Assembly (NCBI RefSeq): GCF_004010195.1
Contig: NC_057718.1
Span: 96,147,049-96,211,048 of the forward strand
DNA from: Chiloscyllium plagiosum
Taxonomy: Eukaryota
Length of the DNA stretch: 64,000 bases
Direction: 5' to 3'
Shown: positions 49,996 through 62,898 of the stretch, in pieces
Position numbering within the stretch: the first letter of the stretch is position 1
How the letters are laid out: each line of letters starts with the position of its first letter
Notes under the pieces: generated by a model
The model's input: the letters and a program-made list of their open reading frames with translations, nothing else
What the model was told of the DNA's origin: nothing
The model's database searches: none
Program-made: the position numbers and the translations under genes

Positions 49996-52639
49996 CTTCG
50001 TGCTGATGCTGAATTATAATGATAGAAAATAGGCACATGAAGAGGAGATTTTTGATCTTTCAAATGGTTGTGAGAGTGTGGAGGCTGTGTCCTTAAATTT
50101 ATTCAAGCCTGAGTTAGATATATTTTTGATGAACAAGGGAGTCATGGGTGAAGGGGTTTAGGGACAGATGGGAATAGGGGAGATAAGTACACAATTGTAG
50201 TAACTTTCCAAATGACTACTGCAGGTACCTTGTGGATTTTGTCTGCTTATCATGGTGTGGTCTTGAACAAGGATTATTTGAGGTAGTAAACTATTACCCA
50301 TTCTCTTTTGTCTTAGTCCTATCTATAGAATATGTTTACCGCTTGATAGCAGTATGTGTAACAACATTTGATTAGCCATAATTACAAGGATGGCAGCTGG
50401 GTAATGGTCCATCTGCTCCTCTGAAAGCGAGAGTGTGAATGACATCAGTAGACTGAGGGGAGACAATGTCACTTCAATATTGACCCTTTAAAAACTGTTA
50501 CCTTAAATAGCATCTCCCCCTCAAACACTTTTCCTCACTGTTTACCCTTTGTGCAATCATGTGGATTACTATATTAATTTACCATTACCCTCTCTCTCCC
50601 CAAGTTTCTGATGTAGGCAGTCTGGCAATTTCACATTATTCTTAGAACACGCTCTCTATAAATTTGTAGGAGTGATAGCTTTTGTTTGTTTCAGGACTGT
50701 AACACATGTTTCTCATCTTTGGGTAATTTATTTGCTGGAGAGTGTGTATCTTTCAAATGTTCTTCATTGAAGACATTGTTCTTCACAGGTCTTGTTGTTG
50801 ATCCATTTTCTAAACTGGAAGACCCTTAATCTTCCTAAATTTCCATGGCAAAGGAACTCCTGTCTGCTAAATAAGGTGGTTACTCCCATAACATCATCTG
50901 TGGCACCTTTAATCTCATGCACAATCCTCCTGGAAGACAGCTGCTCTGTTGATATCAGTGCTTTCTACCTTGGTGTAGCCTGGATTTGTGGGCCAAGCAA
51001 ACTCTTTCTAATTGGATGAATTTTCTCTTTGTGGCAGTTTCCTCTATGCTTGGACCAAACAATTTCTGGTTTGCATGGAGTTATACGCAGCACCTCATTT
51101 AAGCTGTCCATCAGGTTGGACATCTTAAGACACCTTCTTGTTTGATGAGTGAAGTAATGTTTTTCCAGACTCTCAGTTGTGTCACTGATAGACTGTTGCT
51201 CATTCAGCAGTATCTTTGTGACTGACACCTGTTTTAAGAAACAGAGAACTGAACGTTTTCACTAGTCTTGTGACATCTGTAACTGCCTCTGTGTTGACAA
51301 TGTTAATCAGTCACCTAATACCAACACAAGAAATCCTACTGGATTCTTTCTTCTAATTGGGTTCCAGCATGAGATCCACCAATGAAGCCTTTGACCGGTT
51401 GCATCTTGTCTTTCTGTTCAGCAATTGATTTTTCCGATAGTTATTTACTTTCCTAACAAACACTTTTGCTCCAGTACTTTGTACCAGCTTCCAGGTTAAT
51501 TTTTCTTTTCCCTTTGGAGTGCTGAACTTGCCTTTTTGTTGCTTTGAAGGTTGCTGCCATCTCTCGCAATTGATAATTGTGTTTCAGCTCCTCAGTGGTT
51601 ATATTTTGTTAAAGCCGTAATGCTCTGAAAGTAGTAAGCACACTTATTTGAATTCAGTTTCTGTTTCTTCGGGGTCTTGTGGATTTCTTCCCCTTGTGGT
51701 GAGAGTCACATTCCCACCGTTGCAGCCATGTTGTATTTTCCCAGAAGACCACTGCTGGCATCTTGTGGTAATTTGCTAACTCTACCAGTCTATGGTACGA
51801 GGTAAGGGTTATTTGAGGTAATTTATTGTTACCAATCCTCTCCTTGCCTTTGTTTTTTCTTGAGTCTACCTAGTCATTGTCCCATAGTGTCAAGGATGTG
51901 CCATGGGAAATGCAGGGCTACAGCAACAGGGTAAGTAGTTGGTCTGGGTGGGCCACACTTCAGAGTGTTGGTGTGGACCTGATGGGTCAAATGACCTGCT
52001 TCCTTCCTGGGGGAATTCTGAGTATATACAGAAGAGGAACTGTGCTTAGATAACATGAAGGTTTACTCTATGTTAGCAATGAGCACAACTACATTTGGTC
52101 AAGTAGAATTACAGGAACATTAGAGAACTGGTACAGATACTTCTGTTCCCTCCAAAAGCTTCAGCAGAACTCTGTCTCCACTCATGGTTGTGAGTGACAC
52201 CAATAGAATAAGTGGAGCTGATGAATCTTACACATTAACTACTTTGTAATATACAACAATCATCGATCAGCTATGGTCTTGTTGATGGTAGACTAAACTT
52301 GAAGGGCCAAATGGCCTGTCCCTGAGTAGCCTTCTCTCTAATTTTCTTCCTGGTTGCATGGGCCTGTGAAGTCAATGCCATAATCAGTCTGTTTGACTCC
52401 TTGGAGTGTGCATGCACAGTCACATGGCTTAGCAGGAAGGTTTCTCCTGCGTCTTGTATTCCTATATCTGTCAACTTCTTAGACTACCCCTCTTTTCCTT
52501 CTTAGGCCTTCTGCATACTGACAGTGAAGAGAATATGACTGATGCATCAGCCAGATTGTTTCCAAGCTAGACAGCTTTCCCTGTATATAACCAGTTGCTA
52601 ATACCATTAGATGGATATACACGGTTACGACAGCATACA

Positions 52640-52940
52640 TCCCCACAAAATGAAGACAGGCCATTCAGCCCAAAAGTGAACACCGACTCTCCAAAAAGCA
52701 TCCCACCCAGACCCATCCCCCTGTCTAATGCAGTTAACTTACACATCTCTCAACACTACAAGCTATTTCCCCTAGCCAATCCACCTAACCTGCTCATCTT
52801 TGGACTGTGGGAGGAAACTATCAGAAACCCACACAGACACAGGGAGAATGTGCAAATTCTATACAGACAGTCACTCAAGATTGGAATTGAGCCCAGGTCT
52901 CTGGTACCAAGAGGCAACAGTGCTAACCACTGTACCACCC
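52640..52940 (-). mobile_element. HE1-type V-SINE
   Basis: tggactgtgggaggaaac...gggagaatgtgcaaa...agtgctaaccactgtaccacc. Confidence 0.8.
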
Positions 52941-53257
52941 TAAACTATAGCTACCAATGCTAGAATCATACTCCTAGACCAGTGTTGCAACTTTTCCAAT
53001 TTGTCCTTTCTGAGTTTCCTATACAAACTCCCTTCATTGGTGCTGGGAGTGAATTAACTCCCATATGGAATGTGCTGCAGATGTCAACATTCACAATGTT
53101 TAATCCTCTTCCTTGTCAATTTTCACTTGCTTTACTTCCTGCTAAACATTGAGGGGAAAATCCCTTCCTTGGTGTAATCAGCTGCATTTGTGTCCAGTTA
53201 CAAGTAAAATTAAATGTTTAATTGTCTTGAGTCTGTTGCATAAATAGACGAATAAAT

Positions 53258-53346
53258 GGATAGAAGATTGGATAGATAGATAGACAGATAGACAGGTAGA
53301 TAAATAGATAGATAGACAGATAGATAGAATGATAGATAGATAGATA
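53258..53346. repeat. (GATA/GACA)n microsatellite
   Basis: Direct observation. Confidence 0.95.
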
Positions 53347-55017
53347 AAAAGCAAATTAAGGTAATTTTCATATATTCTTGCAACCTATCAAATTATACAA
53401 CAATTCCATTTTGAGAAAATTGTGGATGCTAAGACTTCTTGACGTAATTTCTGTCCTTTTAGCCTGGGTTCACACTGTGCATTCTGCCTGCTGACCAGGA
53501 ATGAAAACTGGGATCTAGATTTGTAATGCTGCGTCAGGCCCCCAGTGTTTCAACATTTCTACCATTTTGCCTTAGCTGCAGCAATGGTTCTCAAAGCAAG
53601 GGCCACTTAAATTGGCAGAGGTCCCCACAGAATGTCTAGTCGTCATACTCCAACCCACTCTTGCTTGCTGCAACTGAGTGACTGGAGGAATAGTGCTGTT
53701 TTCAAGGTGAAGTCCAGCTCCAAGCTGGGGAACGTCAGCCTCACGTCAGGAGCCTTGCCATTTTGTTTTCGGGGTCATAAATGTCACCGATTGGATGTTG
53801 CAGTTGTCATGGTAACGTAAAGTTTCCTGACAAACCTGTGTGGTTGTTTCTCATGATGACTCATTCAAAGGACGTGCAAAAAACCCACTCTGGCTGTGTG
53901 TCGTCACGCAAGTGACAGGGATGAGGGTTCTGGAAGTTTCTCTCACATTTCCTTAACTGTGACATTGCGTGGAAGAGACTTGCATTTCTTCACAGCCTGC
54001 GAACCAACTGACGAAACCTCGCAGACCACACTGTACAACCATTGTCCAGTCGTGTACACTATCAGTGACAGTGAGCTTGGTTCCTGATCTAGAGCAGGGG
54101 TAACTTTTGATTAGAAACACCATGCTGTAGTCTGGATCCTTTCAACGAAGGGTTTTCGCTGCAGTTCAACTTTTCCAAAATGAGTTTGGAAAAGTTGTGC
54201 AAGTATCTGTTGCTGCACTTATGGTGTTCAGGTTCATAAAATCACACTGTCTGGCTGAAAGTTTTCACTGAACAGCAATTTACAGTTCAACAAGAATCCT
54301 CAACTCCCAATATTTGAAGCTAGTCTTGTGGTTGAAGATAGAAAATGGCTTGTGGTTTTCTTTATTGTTTTAGTTTGTCGTTACTTGACTGTCATGACAC
54401 TAAACCACTAGGAATTCATGTCTGTTTATTTTTTTGTAAAGTTTTTTCCCTTGTGGGGAATTCCCCACTGGTAGACAGTACTCCAGGGGAAAGAGGATGT
54501 GACAGGTACAGAAAGTTTCAGGGAGGGTTTGTACTGGTTTCATCCTAGCTACCTTCGAGACTTCCCCGGTCATGGCTGGATCTGACTTAGATATTGGGAA
54601 AGTGCAATCTTTTTAAATGTTTTGTGGGTTCCTTTGAAACTGAATTGTCTATGTATCCCTGCAGGGTATCCTGCAATCAAGTAACTTTCTGGGTGTTGTC
54701 AGTGTTGGCTTCTTACATCCCATTGCAGTTAATGTTAAATGTTTAGTTGTGTTAATTCTGTCGCACAGACCAGGGCTCCCTTACCCCAGCGTGCACACCC
54801 GTTATATCCCCAGCCATCCAGCCTCCCAATCCATTTCCAATGAGCTGGGAAAACAGAGCCCATGATATGAGTAAAGCCCAGGCACTATTCTGCATGAGCG
54901 AGGTGTGTTTGTAGTTGTTGGAACCAGGTCATCAGCCTGCAGAGGCTGACCCTCATCTCCTGGTGGTCAGCTTGAGACATGCTGTCCACACTGGATGGAG
55001 ACAGACCAGGCAATAGG

Positions 55018-55342
55018 TGTGTGGTGATGGCCTAATAGTATTATCACTGGGCTATCAGTCCAGGCACTTATATAATGTCTGGGGTCACAGGTTCAACTCC
55101 CATCATGGCAGGTGATTCAATTTTTAAAAATCTGGAATTGTGATGATCATGAAGCCATTGTCAACTGTTGGGAAAAACCCATCTGGATCACTAATATCCT
55201 TTAGGGAAGGAAACTATCATCTTTATCTGGTCTGGTCTACATATAACTGTAGATCCACATCAATTTGGTTGCCTCTTAACTGCCCTCTGGGCAATAAATG
55301 TGGCTTGGTCAGCAATGCACTCATCCTGTGAATGAATAAAGA
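55018..55342 (+). mobile_element. SINE family B
   Basis: B box GGTTCAACTCC, core aaacccatctggatcactaatatcctttagggaagg, tail tgaatgaataaa. Confidence 0.75.
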
Positions 55343-55669
55343 AAATATGGTCTTATATTGATCTGACTGCCTCTTTAATTATCACCAGAACTGTTCGCTT
55401 CTTACCTGTGCTTCACAGAAGTACTGAGCAGCTCCAACAACAAGCTTTTGTCACTCTCCTTGGATGGAAGTACCATTAGGGTCAGACTAACATCATAGAA
55501 TTCTGATTTGTACATTTTTAACAAAGTCCCCTGTCTGTTTCAGGCATCTGTCTGGCCATCTATGTCTGGGCCCTGTTGAAAATGGCAGAGCAGATGGGAA
55601 CAGACAGAGCACGCTTTGAGATGTGCTTTCTGGAGTAGGGGGAGTAGTGGAATAGTGGTACCATCAGAG

Positions 55670-57830
55670 AGCATAAGGTGCAGAAGTAGGCCATTCAGCC
55701 CACTGAGTCTGCTCCACCATTCAGCGATAACCCTCAAGTCCACATTCCTGCCTTTTTCCCATAACCCTTGATTCCCTTCCTTATTAAAAATCTGTGGAGC
55801 TCAGCCTTGAATATACATAGTGACCCAGCCTCAACATTCCTCTGCGGTAAAGAATTCCACAGATTCACTCCCTCTTGGGGGAAGAAATTCCTCCTCATCT
55901 CTGTTTTAAGTGTATGACCTCTTATTCTGTAATATTGTCCTATGTTCCTAGACTTTTCCACAAAGTGAAATAACCTTTCCACATCCATCTTGTCATTGGA
56001 CTGGTTATTGAATGACCACACTCCCTTCAGTGGGTAGGTGTTCAAATCCGAGCATAATGAATTTTTTTTTTCTTAAGTGTTACAATTTATGTTTTGAATG
56101 TTAAGGAAAAGTGTACAGTCAATGGCAGGACCCCTGAACAGCACTGAAGTCCATAGCTCCCTGAAAGTGGCTACACAGATAGAGAGGGTGGTAAAGAATG
56201 CTTAAGGCATGCTTGTCTTTACTGGTCAGGGAATTGAGTATAAGAGTCAGGATGTCATGCTTCTGCTTTATAAGACGTTGGTTAGGTCACACTTAGAGTA
56301 TTGCATTCAGTTCTGATCACCACATTACAGGAAGGATGTGGAGGCTTGGGAGAGGGTGCAGAAGAGGTTTACCAGAATGCTGCCTGGATGAGAGGGTATG
56401 AGCTTTAAGGAGAGGCTAGAAAAACTTGGGTTGTTTCATCTGAGCGGTGGAGGCTGAGTGGACTCTTGATGGAAGTCTATAAAGTTATGAGATGCACAAA
56501 GAGGGTTGATGGTCAGAATCTTTTTCCCAGAGTTGAAATGTCTACAACTAGGGGGCATGCATTTAAGATGAGGGGGGAGAATTCAAAGGAGGGGCATGTT
56601 TTTTACACAGAGAGTAGTAGGAGTTTGGAACACACTGCAGGGTGGTGGTGTATATAGACACGATAGGGGTACTTAAGGAACTTTTACTTAAGTACGTGAA
56701 TATGTAAAGAAAGGAGGGATATGGTCCAATGGGAGGCAGAAGGGATTAGTTTGATTTGGCATCATGTTCAGCACAACATGAAGGGCCCATTCCTGTGCTG
56801 CAATGTTTCATGTTCTATTTGAATTAAGTCAATAAATCTGAAATTGAATGGTCATCTCAGAAAGGTAGCCATGACAACTATCAATGGGTATTGTAAAAAC
56901 CCATCTGGCTCACTGATGCCCTTCTGAGAAGGTGAACTGCTCTCCCTGCTTTCACCTTCCCAGAAGGTAAAAGGGATCTAAGGGGCAGCTTTGTCACACA
57001 GAGGGTGGTATGTATATGGAAGGAGCTGTCACGCCCTAATGAACTCCAGACCTATAATCGTGCAGCTCAGAAGCAAAATTCAGGATGAACACCAAATGTT
57101 GACCCTCCCATTGTTGGCCACATTGTTGGCTGACCCTCCCACAGTCCATGAAAGAATAAAGGGACAAAAAAAGCACCCCGTACCCCATTCTGACCCAAGA
57201 GCAGTTGTGAAAAGTGGACCTTTGGTGTGCAAAGACACAGATGCATTGTTGCCTGTTTCCAATATATTGTAGAGTGATAGAGTTAGACAGTGCGGAAACA
57301 GACTCTTTGGTCCAAACAGTCCATGCCGACCATAATCCCAAATTGAACTAGTCCCACCTGCCTGCACTTGGCCCATGTCCCTTCAAACCTTTCCTAATCA
57401 TACTTATCTAATTATGTTTTAAACATTGTAACTGTACCCAAATCCACCACTCCCTCTGGAAGTTCATCCCATTCACAAACTATTCTCTGTGCAAAAAAGT
57501 TGCTCCTCATGTCCTTTTTAAATCTTTCTCCTTTCACCTTAAAAATATGCCCCTCATCTTGAATTCCCCCATTCTTGGGAAAGAACCCTTCCCATTCACC
57601 CCATCTATCGCCCTCATGATTTAAAAAACTTCTGTAAGCTCATCCCTCAACCTCCTACACTCCAGTAAAAAAAATCCCAGTCTATCCAACCTGTGTTTAT
57701 AACTCAAACCTTCCATTCCCAGCAACATCCTGGTCAATCTTTTTGGAACCTTTCCAGCTTGATGATATCCTTTCTATAACTGGACACAGTATTCCAGAAG
57801 AGGCTTCATCAATGTCCTGTACAACCTCAA
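55670..57830. mobile_element. Three CR1 3' fragments (55670-56000 -, 56105-56820 +, 57270-57830 -)
   Basis: Peptides EMRRNFF...NLWNSLP and EVYKVMR...TTRGHAFK, each with a CR1-type tail. Confidence 0.82.
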
Positions 57831-57974
57831 TGAGTCGATTCCTTTGTATTAAACAGTGTTTCAAAGCTGCTTTGTTTTATCAGCACCAGATCGAGTAAGG
57901 AATATTCATGTAGAAGTAAAAGTAACAAAAAATTGTCTTTAAAGATGCCACAAAGCAAACGATAATTGAAGCAT

Positions 57975-58941
57975 GGAGACAGTGAGGTCTGCAGATGCTG
58001 GAGATCAGAGTTGAGAGTGTTGCTGGAAAAACATAGCAGGTCGGGCAGCATCCAAGGAGCAGGGAAAATCGACGCTTCGGGCCAGAGCCCTTCATCAGGA
58101 ATGAGGCTGGGAGCCTGCCGGGGGAGGGGTGGGGTGGGGTGGAGAGATAAATGGAAGGGAGGGAGGGCTGAGGAGAAGGTCATTGAGAGTGCACTAGGTG
58201 GATGGAGGTGGGGGTAAAGGTGATAGGTCAGAGGAGGGTGGAGCAGATAGGTGGCAACTTCACACATTGCCCCAATTGACAGTTTAGATTAGATTAGGTT
58301 ACTTACAGTGTGGAAACAGGCCCTTCGGCCCAACAAGTCCACACCGACCCTCTGAAGAGCAACCCACTCAGACCTATTCCCCTACATTTACCGCTTCACC
58401 TAACACTATGGGCAATTTAGCATGGCCAATTCACCTAACCTGCACATTTTTGGACTGTGGGAGGAAACCGGAGCACCCGGTGGGAAGGAAGATTGACAAG
58501 TGGGACAGCTCATGAGGGTGGTTGGTGATGGAGGAGGCCCAGGACCTGGGCCTGGAGGAAGAATGTCTCATCTTCCACCCTGGGACCCTCCAACCCCATG
58601 ACATCAATGTGGACTTCACCTGTTTCCACATTTTCCCTCCCCCACCTTACCCCAGTTCCAACCTTCCAGCTCAGCACTGCCCTCATGACCTGTCTCACCT
58701 GTTAATTTTACTTCCCACCTATCCGCTCCACCCTCTTCTGACCTATAACCTTTACCCCCATCTCCATCCACCTAGTGCACTCTCAGCTTCCGTCTCCTCA
58801 GCCCCACCCCTCTCCCATTTATCTCTCCACCCCTGAGGCTCCCAGCCTCATTCCTGATAAAAGGCTCTGGCCCGAAAAGTTGATTTTCCTGCTCCCCGGA
58901 TGCTGCCTGACCTGCTGTGCTTTTCCAGCAACACACTCTCA
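57975..58941. mobile_element. Large Penelope-like inverted-repeat insertion with an internal HE1 3' fragment (58285-58480, -)
   Basis: The arm at 57975-58255 is inverted at ~58500-58941. ORF end TLQPHDINVDFTCF; hammerhead remnants at 58066-58102 and 58853-58885; TSD ATAATTGAAG at 57962-57971 and 58942-58951. Confidence 0.82.
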
Positions 58942-58954
58942 ATAATTGAAGATT

Positions 58955-59440
58955 TACAAGTATTTAATCAAACAGGAAAAGTATCAAGGATGAAGGGTTT
59001 TGAAAATGGCCTTTTACAATCCGAATGTTTATTATGGCTCGGGGAGTGCCAAGGCATGTCACTGCAAGGTAGAGATTCCCATGCCAGTTGGCAAGACTTG
59101 TTAAGATTAATGATGGGTGATGTTTGTAAATCAGAGAAATGGAATATTTCAGGGTTGATATAGCACATGATGAAAGATGTCCAAGGGTTGTTACCCATGT
59201 TCGATGGCTTCTGGCAGCCATCACACGAATCCAGGAGCCCTACCCAGAAAATGACCAAGGGGAAATGGAGTTTTTTTGAAAACACATTTGGAGCTGAGCC
59301 AGTCCTGCACCAAATCTATCACATCGATTTGGCACAGCCAGTGGTTGCAAATATCGTCAATCATTTTCACACTGGTTGGCATAGGTACCACATCCAGAAT
59401 CAGCCAATTTTCAGCCCACACACACAAGAAATGGATGGTT
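58955..59440 (-). mobile_element. Very decayed RTE-like LINE reverse transcriptase remnant
   Basis: Minus-strand peptides IWCRTGSAPNVFSKKL and YINPEIF...CQLAW loosely resemble RTE motifs (EI..RI..AS.AF.KL; N.EVL...QLRW). Confidence 0.35.
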
Positions 59441-60189
59441 GATCATGGAATTGTATAGTGAAGAAATGACCTTTTGGCCCATCAAGTCTGTACTATCCCA
59501 CACGTTTCATTTTCCTGCACTCAGCCCATAGCCTTGAATGTTCTGGCGGCGTGGACACCTCTTTCCCCAGTGAATAGTCACAGTAGCCCGTTCCACCAGA
59601 CCATTGTGATTCATTCCCTAGTGGGTCGGTAACAACTGCCGGGATAAACTGGGCAGCAGATTGGCATTGCTCCTCAGTCATGGTGGCACGGTGCTCCTCA
59701 CACGTGCACCCAATGTACACTTTGGGCAGAAACCCTTTTGTTAGTGGAACCGGCTTACTGTTCTCCAGATCTATGACAGGAAAGGAAGCAAGGCATAATG
59801 CTGGCTCTGTGATATATCAAATAAAGTTCACTTTTTAAGGTACTATGTGTGAGTTTTGTGAGGTTACTTTTAGTCTGGATGAATAGACAAGATGATACCA
59901 TTTTGAAGGTAGGTGGATGTAGTTAAGCTTTGGTCTCATTGAATGGCAGAACAACCTCAAGAAGCAAAATTGTCTCCTTTAGTTCTTATATTGCCTTGTT
60001 CCTATTCCCTAAGCTTAGGGAAAGTCCATTGGTTTTACCCCCCAATATTCTCATAAGCCTTAATGTTTCAGGTGACCTCTTCAAATGGGATTGACATTTC
60101 ATTTTTCTGCTTCATCTTCCAAAAGGTCTTGTTATCCCTTGTATTATGTGCCTGTTATGAAGCCATGCTATTAGTCTCACTCTGCATCA

Positions 60190-60378
60190 AGCTGAGATGG
60201 CTGGACGCTGGTTTGGGATGACACAATGAGCTTGAATCTTGCACTGGCTGAGATTACCATGAAGGACTCTCCTTTTGAATCTTGCCCCTCTCCTGAGGCA
60301 CGGTGACCCTCAGGTTAAACACCTCCATTCGTCTCTCTCCACTGAGAGAGCTGCCGTCCTGCCACTTTACCTTTACCT
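60190..60378 (+). mobile_element. tRNA-derived SINE, family A
   Basis: Core GGTGACCCTCAGGTTAAACACC and tail TTTACCTTTACCT. Confidence 0.7.
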
Positions 60379-60647
60379 ATTACATCACAAACTACAATAG
60401 ATGCTACATTGATCTTCTTTTGTTAAACATTCATTGTGAATACGTTCAGTGACTGACACCATGGTAATCTAATTGCTGCAATAAAACTTCTGCTCTGTCC
60501 TGCCACATTTCACTCTGGGGATCTCGAAGATACCTGAGTTGCGGTAAGTTATACATGTTCAGAGATATTGCATGTTCTCTATCTGCAGCCTCGAAAGGTC
60601 TGTAGCTGACAATGCATCACAAAGCTTTCTGTTAGAATGATAATTTT

Positions 60648-61082
60648 TTATTCATTTGAGGGGTGAGGGTATCACAGGCTAGGTTTGTATTTATTTCCAA
60701 TGCCCAATTGTTCAGAGTCAGCCACATTATTGTGAAGAAGGTAATGCTGGAGATCAGAGTTGAGAGTATGGTGCTGGAAAAGCACAGCAGGTAAGGCAGC
60801 ATCCAAGGAGCAGTGAATCGATGTTTCGGGTATAAGCCCTTCATCAGGAAGGTCTGGAGTCTCATGTAGGCCAGACCAAGTATAAATGGCATTTTCCTTC
60901 CCTAAAGGACATTAGTGAATCAGACGTGTTATCCCTGACAATGGATTCATAGACATTATTTGACTCTTAATTCCAGATTTTTAATTGAATTCAAATTCCA
61001 TCATCTGCTGTGGTGGGATTTGAACCCAGGTTCCCAGAACCTTACCTGGGTGGCTGGATTAACAACCCAGCCCTCGGCCATC
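60648..61082 (-). mobile_element. SINE family B interrupted by a Penelope-like terminus (60744-60850)
   Basis: SINE sequence lies on both sides of ctggagatcagagttgagag...tttcgggtataagcccttcatcagg; GAAGGT occurs at both junctions. Confidence 0.75.
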
Positions 61083-61793
61083 ATTTCTCTTTTTTTATAT
61101 CTGCTCCATGAAATCTTCAGAAGACGTCTGACGGACGAAGATTTCTGTCATAAGTTGGACCATGAAGTGTGTTCCTGCTAGAGTCAGGGCAACATGATAA
61201 GCAACAGTAAGGTACAATTTTGTTAGGGTTTGATGTCGACTAGCAATAAGTGGGGAGCAGGCTGAAAGATGACATTTGGTAGCATGTTGGGAGCTCTTGT
61301 AGTACAATGGGAGTTGCCCTGTCCTCTAAACCGGAAGCACCAATTTAAAGTCAAACTGCTTTGACTTGTACTTCTTGAAAGAAGAATTCATAATGCAGTC
61401 TAACTGGTTGAGTGTATGCCTCCAAATCCACACCACCCACCATCCCCCACCCCTATCCCAACACCGTACTCATCCATGGCAGGAGGTAAGAGCGAGAGAG
61501 CTAACAATCATGTGATGGAACCAAAATTGGAATCTCTACCATCATGATCCACAAGCTCTGGACTACAAGGTGCATGCAGCCAAAGCAACTTGTATCCCTT
61601 TGGAGGGGGGGAGGGGGTCTGTTTACCTCAGTTGTCTTGAAGGGTCAGATTGGTGCCAACAAGGTGGGGTTCAATCCTCATTCCATGCTGTTGGATTCAG
61701 GACCCATCTCCTGTAATAGAGATTGTGGTGTCATGGTTCAGTCCTACTTTCTGGGCAGAGAATCCAAGGAGAAGTATTTCAATTTCAGGGAAC

Positions 61794-61913
61794 TGAAATA
61801 ACTCCGCAGAAGCCAGGTTCCTGCCACCCTTTATTATACACTGACAACCCTTGGCACTGACCCAGCTCCCTCCGAGCCAGCTCTCAGAGCGAATGGGAGG
61901 TCTGACACTCCTG
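61794..61913 (-). mobile_element. Solo LTR-like element, copy 3, truncated at the TATA-proximal site by non-LTR insertions
   Basis: TGAAATAACTCC terminus, minus-strand AATAAA, and GAGCCAGCTCTCAGAG...TCTGACACTCCTG homologous to 19503-19616; homology stops where the intact copies read TTTATAT. Confidence 0.7.
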
Positions 61914-62508
61914 CTCCTTTCATTTATTAACCAGTACAAATTACGCACAGTTAACAATGAACAGCAGTTTACAAGAAACAGCAATTTACAGGGAAAGGGG
62001 GAGTAAAGCCAGACCCCCAGGCCCCTCTGTACAAGCAGGTCACAGGGAAGAAGGATGAACCTCAAATCCCAGCTTTATTATATCAAAAAGGGAAACAGTA
62101 AATGCAATCACATACAGACAGTCCAATAAACCAAACAATAAAACAGTGCGTATATCTTAGGCACCCAGCAAACTACCGTCGCTCCCACCTTTCAGCCACT
62201 CACAGGCAGCCCGCCCCCATGCTCCTTCTGGTTCTTGGTCTGTCCTGACACACCTACCTTCTGGTCACCTCTATGACAGCCCGTCCTGTTTCCCCAACCC
62301 CCTCTCAGAATGACAGTGATCAGGACGGCCTACCCACCTACTGGCTTCCTTAACCGCTCTTCGCAGTTTCTGGCCACCTCTTGGACAGCCCGCCCCGGTA
62401 CCTGCCTGAGGTGACAGCGCTGAGCACGGCCTACACACCTTCCGGCTCTCTGTCTGCCCCTATATACCATCTGGATCTCACCCACCCCAACACACCATCC
62501 CACTCCTG

Positions 62509-62756
62509 CTCTTGTTTGTAATTTTAAAAAAAATTTCCCCCACACTACCACCGAACAGCCGTAGTACTTATTTTTCCCCAGCACCCATGTCACATGTGCG
62601 CAGGTGTGTAAATCTTTATTTGTATTCCAACACTATAAACAATGTCATTCAGTAGCCTGTGGGACAGTTCCTCAGTTTCAATTCCAGTTCCAACATGTTT
62701 CGAACAGGGAATTTCTGTGTGGGAGGTCAACGTGATAACCACTTCACTGCAGAAGC
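62509..62756 (-). mobile_element. Candidate SINE: tRNA-Val-derived head plus Tx1-like 3' tail
   Basis: Head 62756-62686 GCTTCTGCAGTGAAGTGGTTATCACGTTGACCTCCCACACAGAAATTCCCTGTTCGAAAC aligns with vertebrate tRNA-Val. Tail 62536-62635 aligns with the Tx1 3'UTR copies at 62915 and 63468. Confidence 0.65.
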
Positions 62757-62898
62757 TCTCACCCCTGTTCTTTTCTTCCCCTTTTTTTAACAGTGATTAG
62801 AACCTCTATACTCGTGTTTGTTTACTTTTTTTCTTTTCAGGATGTCTGACACTCCTGTTCTTTTTTTAATAGAGTGAACAAGACGTCAGCGATTCCTG

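Noticed and set aside
50750..51800. Possible coding exons or LINE remnant
   Set aside because: Short ORFs with no recognisable motif or convincing splice structure.
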